Positions 57,601 through 64,000 of a stretch of 64,000 bases of DNA are shown piece by piece. Within the stretch, counting starts at the first letter, position 1. Each line of letters begins with the position of its first letter. Below the pieces are notes generated by a model. That model had not been told where the DNA came from and did not search any database. It worked only from the letters and a program-made list of their open reading frames with translations. Source of the DNA: Paraspadella gotoi (lineage: Eukaryota; Animalia; Chaetognatha); NCBI GenBank assembly GCA_051294375.1, contig CM119267.1, forward strand, positions 813,601 through 877,600. Direction: 5' to 3'. Both the position numbers and the translations under genes were made by a program.

Positions 57601-58086
57601 CAAACCTCAACTACGAAGCAAAGAAAATAGAGTCACAATTAAAGTAGGTACAACCACAAATGGTTAAGAATTGAAAAAGGAGGAGGATCTCTCAATTAGC
57701 ATCGGATATCATATGTCGGATTGGATAGGAATTCATAGTCTTATATTTCGAGTTCAGATTTTAGAAAATTACCAAATTTGAATTGAAATATAGAAAAAAA
57801 CTTTTAGTTATTCACCTGTCAACTTATGGTCATCATTCGTTTCCGACCCAATTTCTCCAGACGTTAATGATTCTAGAGTGAGGGCGACTTCGCCCTCGAC
57901 TTTGCCATGAACTTCGCCCTCGACTTCGCCCTCGACCTGAGGTTGTGTTTCATCTTTTTGGTGTTGTTGTTGTTGTTGTTTGTGTTCCACGGGGCGTGAC
58001 CATCGCCGCTTGACAAAATAAAACGCGGCGGCGGCGAAAAAAGGAAAACTCAACCAAAAACGTCGTCTCAACTTTTCGAATATCAT
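54613..58086 (-). CDS. AKAP1: AKAP1/Spoonbill-like mitochondrial outer-membrane KH + Tudor protein, ~6 exons
   Basis: N-terminal anchor FWLSFPFFAAAAFYFVKRR; KH YEFEFPSQLCGRLIGKNGRNLK; QLPSHPTFPDLQRLDACMLACY; Tudor GGWYRAQ...YLDYGG...LRSIRSDFLALPFQAVEC. Confidence 0.85.
56530..56760. repeat. Degenerate ~8/16-bp tandem repeat (gataaagtgacgaa) in an AKAP1 intron
   Basis: Repeated tgataaagtgacga / tgataaattgacaa units. Confidence 0.75.
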
Positions 58087-58591
58087 GTTGGAAAAAAAGT
58101 TAAAAACTAGTTTGTTTGTTTCTAAGACTGAAAACTAAAAATTGAGGAATTATTAGTGAAATGAGGCGAAAACATTTTTTGAAAGGAACACGACATGAGC
58201 GAAATATTAAATATTAATTTCAGATTCATCCAAAGTTTTCAAATAAATTTTTTGAATGTAAAAAAAATTTTACTTTTAAATTTAATTTGCAGATGGATAT
58301 TCATTTTCCATAAAGGCAAGCTTCAAAAGTTAAACTAAAATAAAAATTTTTTGACAATGTTTTTTTTAATGGAATGATGTCGTGCGAAAAAATAATTGGA
58401 AGTTTGTGGTAAGTTAAAATGGATTGTTTTCTTCTTTTAATAATGCCCATTTTGAGGATTACAAAAGAACACAGTAATCAATTTCTGCAAGAGATTATTT
58501 AAAAAAAAATAATTGTGTCAAGTCAATTGTCAATTTAAGACTTCAATCCGTGCATGTTATGGTCATTGGTCAAATTCCTTGGCCCGATTCT

Positions 58592-59312
<721 letters not shown>

Positions 59313-59503
59313 CTAGTTTTTATTGCTCGAATGAACGTAGCGAAGAGAGATTATTATTATTACAAATAATTTTTTTTTTACGAAGAGAAAGTGAAAAAAT
59401 AATCTGTAAAACGTGAAAATTGAGATGTAAACAGAAATTGAATAACGAAACAACGATATCATGAAAATGACACAATGGAAAGTGATGACACAATGAGCGG
59501 TTG

Positions 59504-61345
59504 TCACAATTCCCCCGAGTCTGTGATAGAGACTTTGCTCGATGGTTTTCCCGATTTGGTTCCGACTCTTTCCATCTTTTTGACCACGTCCATACCAGCG
59601 ACGACCTGGGGTCAGGGGGGGGGAATAGGTCAAATTAACAACGACGAGAAACTGGCCAAGGACCTTGGACAACAATAACGACGACGACATCAAGAACCTG
59701 GCCGAATACGACGTGCTTCCCGTCCAACCAGTCAGTCTTCTCCGTACAAACGAAGAACTGAGAACCGTTAGTGTCCGGACCTTAGATTTATAAAAATGAA
59801 AATACGTGAAATAATAAAAAAATTAATAAAAGAGAAATAGTAATTACCAAACATTATCATAGTAAAAGTCTTCTCATACCGGAATTGGCCATGCTCAACA
59901 CTCCTGGTCCAGTGTGTTTGAGGACGAAATTCTCGTCGGCGAATTTCCGTCCATAGATTGACTTTCCTCCTGTTCCGTTGTGATTCGTGAAGTCACCGCC
60001 TTAAGAAAAAGAAAAAGGAAGGGTAACTCCGTAATATCTAATGAACAATGAACATAGTTAATAATTATGTTCAAAGGATATCACGAATTTCTTATTATTC
60101 TCCCCATTACATAACAAAAGAATATAAAGAATATAAAAAGAATTAATAAATAATTAAATCTAATATATAGTGAAATTAAACTTTTATATTCATTTTAAAA
60201 TTTAATCCAATTTAGTCTTGAAATTAAAAAAAAAATATTTCATATCTCTTCATTAAAGATTGCATATTATATATATAACCAAAATAACGAAAATAGTTAT
60301 ATAAAAGTTATCGCATTTATAATAATCAAGTAACTTATACTAGATTTAAAACCTATACAGATGATACTAATGTTTTTCATTAGACTTGACTTTCCATCTT
60401 CACCTTGACACATGAACTGTGGAATGATCCTATGAAAGCTGCTCTTCCTTAACCCGAATCCCTTCTCGTGGCTGCAGAGACATCGGAAGTTCTCCGCGGT
60501 CATGGGGACCACGTCCGCTCGGAGGAGAATGACGACGCGACCCACCGCGTGACCCCCGATGGCGATGTCGAGGAATACCGTCGGGTTGGCTCGTTTCTTG
60601 GTCGACGCAGTCGCCGCGCCTTCGGCCGATTCCTCGGCGGGACGCTTGGCTCCACCGCCGGCGCCCTCTTCGCCTTGAGAGTCTTTAGCGGCGGCGGCGG
60701 CGTCATCGGCGTCGCCGGAAGGGGCGCCGTCTTTGTTGAGAGTGGCGCCGGCGAATTTCTTGAGCCAATTGTCGTCTGACCAAATGGGTCGACCCCATCC
60801 TTCTTTGATGCGAATTGGACGAGCGACGTTGACGCGAATCGTTCGACCGAAAAGTTCGCTGTCGTTCATGTTGTCTGGGTTGGGGGGGGGAGGGCAGATG
60901 TTAGGAAATATAAAAATATAACCAATATAAAAATTATCCGTTCATTTAATAAATAAGCTATCAGGTCATGACATGTTTACATTCTTTACTACACTGGAGT
61001 TTAGGCAAATCATAAGATGAATTACTTTGACAGCAACTCGACCAGCGACCATTGATAAACACAGCAAGACGAACCAACCTCGGGTCCTCCAAAGTCTAAC
61101 TCAAACCACAACCTCCTCCAAGTCCTCCACTCACCAATGGCGGCTGCGGCGTCTTCCGCGCCCTCGAATTCCACGAAGGCGAATCCCCGGTGCTTCTCCG
61201 TCTCGTAGTCGAGAGGCAAAGAGATGTCGACGATATCGCCGAAAGCCACGAACGCCCCCTGCAGCACCTTCCTGTCCACCTCCTCCGAAAGGCCGCCCAC
61301 GTAGACCACGCGCTTGTTGACGGGATTGTAGTCGCCCGCAGACAT
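59504..61345 (-). CDS. PPIE: Peptidyl-prolyl isomerase E (cyclophilin 33; RRM + cyclophilin), 4 exons
   Basis: RRM ([10 protein letters not shown]...[10 protein letters not shown]...[15 protein letters not shown]), cyclophilin ([11 protein letters not shown]...[16 protein letters not shown]...[12 protein letters not shown]), ends DSGEL*. Confidence 0.96.
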
Positions 61346-61430
61346 TTTCTTTTAATCGCGGTTTCGAAAGACGAAACCAACTCGAGTTCGGTTTTCTTTT
61401 TTTAGAGTTTTGGATCGGGAAGAAAAAAGT

Positions 61431-61530
61431 GGCCAATCAGAGAGCGAAGAGGCCCGACGAGCGGGCTATTGGTGAGCCGCCTTTTGAGAACTCAAACAGT
61501 GAAGGATCTGGGTCGAAGAGTTCTCATTGG
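61431..61530. promoter_or_regulatory. Cluster of CCAAT/ATTGG boxes upstream of PPIE
   Basis: GGCCAATCAG at 61431 and ATTGG at ~61468 and ~61526, 90-190 bp upstream of the ATG. Confidence 0.35.
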
Positions 61531-61888
61531 TCGACGAGTCATTTCCAGATTCGATCGCGAATGAATGGAACAAAGGTTTTGGCGGGAGAATTCGAACGAA
61601 AAATGGTGGGAGCGAAGAAGAAAGATAATTAAGAATTGATAAGCCTAAGGCCAAGTTTTAAAATATCTGGAAGGCAAAGACATCAATGCAACGAAATGTA
61701 AAACGAAATGTAAAACTTTCAACTTTAACAAAATGATTTCTGCGAGTAAACAATTATAGGAAAAACCCCGACAAGTCCAAGGTTCATTTATAAGAATTTG
61801 AGACTAACTCAACAACTATGCACCTCAACAATGCAACGTCAAGTCCACGACCACGATCAGCCAACAGTCCATATATCCTATGCTGTAT

Positions 61889-63058
61889 TCACAGTTGACA
61901 CAAGCTCGAAATCTCATCAAATAAATCGCAGATTTGTTCGTCGAAGGTCGCGAATTCCGGATGACGAATCCTCAACTCGTTCGTCAACTTCGCGAGATGA
62001 AGGGCGATGATTTGATGTCGGAATTCCGCGCCAATGATTTCCACTTTTAGGAGATTTTCTAGTTGAGGGAGAAAATCATGAGCGAACGACGACGACGACG
62101 ACGACGACAAACTAAGATCGAGAATCTTGGCGCGATCGACTTCGACGACGACGTCGACGTCGACGCCGTCGAGATTGGATCTCTTCTCCACGACGAACTT
62201 GGGCGTCCGTCCGAAGATCCAATCCCACGACTTCAGTTCTGCCTCCAAAGCGTCGAGACCTTCGAAGGTTCGCTCGATAGGATTGACTCGCTCCGCTTGG
62301 ATCTTTCTCCCGAGTTTCCCGGCAAAGGCGTCGGCGAGGGTTTCGACGACGGCTTCCATCTCGACTCCTGGCTCCACCGCCTTGAGGTTGCGCACGGGCG
62401 AGGGAACGCTGGAGGTGGCTCGATTGTCCTTCAAGGTCAATGGCGTCTTGAGCAGAGATCCGAGCGAATCTAAATCCACGTCGACTAGAAGCGTGCAATG
62501 ATGATAAGCCTTGGCGGCCGACAATTTAGCCGACGAACCCGACACTTTCCTCGATCCATTATCTACGACCACGTCGTCTCTGGCGTTGACGGCGATGTCC
62601 AGACACGCCCACTTTGTCTTCAACGCGTCCACGATCAAATTCAAGTTTCCTTTTCGATCGTAAGATTTTCGCGTCGTGAAAAATGTGGCGTTGAGATTTC
62701 CCAAATCGTGATAGACGGAGCCGCCGCCGCTGCGTCGCCGCGCCACCGCCACTCCACGCGCCGCCGCCGCCGCCAAGTCCGCCTCCGCCCAAGGATTTTG
62801 ATGTCGACCGAAGACGACGCAGGGAGAGTTGGTCCAGAGAAAGAGCATCTCTCCGTCGGGAGGGGAAAAGTCGAGATGAGCGAAGAGCCAATCCTCCAAG
62901 GCGAGATTGCGGTGGACATCGTGGGAAGTGGAGACGAGAATGCGGGAGAGAGAAGAGATGGAGCTATTGTAGGAGCGATTGCAGGAGCCATTGTAGGAGC
63001 AAGAGGAGAAGAGAAAAAGGTCAGGGATCGGGCGGAGTAAAAAGCGGGGAAATATCAT
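61889..63058 (-). CDS. LIPT1: Mitochondrial lipoyltransferase 1, single exon
   Basis: NLALEDW, LWTNSPCVVFGRHQNPWAE, RRRSGGGSVYHDLGNLN, KVSGSS, YHHCTLL, WDWIFGRTPKF; N-terminal targeting-like peptide. Confidence 0.92.
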   Translation of the reverse strand: MIFPRFLLRPIPDLFLFSSCSYNGSCNRSYNSSISSLSRILVSTSHDVHRNLALEDWLFAHLDFSPPDGEMLFLWTNSPCVVFGRHQNPWAEADLAAAAARGVAVARRRSGGGSVYHDLGNLNATFFTTRKSYDRKGNLNLIVDALKTKWACLDIAVNARDDVVVDNGSRKVSGSSAKLSAAKAYHHCTLLVDVDLDSLGSLLKTPLTLKDNRATSSVPSPVRNLKAVEPGVEMEAVVETLADAFAGKLGRKIQAERVNPIERTFEGLDALEAELKSWDWIFGRTPKFVVEKRSNLDGVDVDVVVEVDRAKILDLSLSSSSSSSFAHDFLPQLENLLKVEIIGAEFRHQIIALHLAKLTNELRIRHPEFATFDEQICDLFDEISSLCQL

Positions 63059-63497
63059 CCCCGGTCGGGGGACGAGGCTTGGCTAATGACCCCTGGCGTC
63101 CGTGGTCATCGAAATCCAAGATAAAGAAAAGGGTTAAAAGAGATAATAGTTAATCACGTCGTCGTCGTCGTCAAGAATTTCTAAGAAATCGAGTTGTTTC
63201 GGTTTTCGGACAATCAAGACTCATTGAGATCTTAAAGAATCGAGTTGGAGGTGAATTGTTTCTTTGGCTTCTTTTTATTCTGAAAATGATTTCAGTTGAA
63301 AATCGACAATTTGAACTCTTGGCTGAATATTTAGAACAAATGAGATGGATATTAATATTTATTACTTGAAATAGAGAACGAGCACAATGTTAAAAATACT
63401 CAAATTTTAAAAACAACGAGGTTAACAAAGATCCGGGCGACGAACAGCATAAAGATATGAAACGATTTAAGCGAATCTTGACAATAAATTCTTCCCT

Positions 63498-63750
63498 TCA
63501 TTTGTATCTCCTGACTCTGGAGATTCTCCAAGCGTTGGGCTCCTCGTAGCGATTGTAGAGAGGCTCCAACCGCTGCTGCTTCTTGTGCTTGGAGAGTTTG
63601 GTGGGGTCGCCGAATTTGAAGAAGGCGGGGGCGAACTCGACGAGCCACTTGGGGTCAACGGCCGTCACTTCTCTCATGTATTCCTTCGTCGTCATTACCA
63701 ACTCGTGGTAAATGACCCACTCTGGTTGACTGGAGAAGATCGGGGAAGAG

Positions 63751-63808
<58 letters not shown>

Positions 63809-64000
63809 ATCTTACCGATTAAATAGAGCGGACGAAGGATGGATGTAAACGACTTGATTGTCCACCATCGTTCGATATCCTTCCTGCGGATCTTTCTTCG
63901 CCGCGTTTCTTAAAATTAATTATTAAATTATATTTAATTAAGAATTATCTCCTTTTTCCTATTTTCTAAACCTCATTTACCTAAAGAATCCAGAGCAGAT
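63498..64000 (-). CDS. DHX8: 3' exons of the DEAH-box splicing helicase PRP22
   Basis: ICSGFFR|[31 protein letters not shown]|[21 protein letters not shown]...[17 protein letters not shown]. Confidence 0.96.

Overview
Gene-dense genomic DNA from an unidentified invertebrate animal, with GC-rich exons and AT-rich or purine-tract introns. I reconstructed about 18-20 protein-coding genes by hand, and all lie on the minus strand, head to tail. In transcription order they are DHX8 (3' end), LIPT1, PPIE, histone H3.3, AKAP1-like, an orphan exon, synaptotagmin-like, an orphan K/E-rich ORF, NUFIP1, PSMD9, SCLY, ASF1, PIP5K1, HAUS7-like, a giant ankyrin/SOCS-box (ASB) gene, ARFRP1, C1orf74-like, FBXO5/Emi1-like, ING3 and a gene running off the left edge. 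Most stop-to-start spacers are 24-800 bp, which suggests a directional or operon-like cluster. Other highlights: an ASB E3-ligase adaptor with a ~1000-aa disordered N-terminus carrying WG/GW (Argonaute-hook-like) motifs; two Penelope-type minimal hammerhead ribozymes in introns, in sense orientation; recurrent tandem duplication of splice junctions; two adjacent GC-AG introns; a tRNA-derived element; and several non-autonomous DNA transposon families (HINE/Helentron-like, TTAA-, TA- and 10-bp-TSD MITEs). Gene names come from recognised motifs, not database searches. Exon boundaries are manual and partly approximate.
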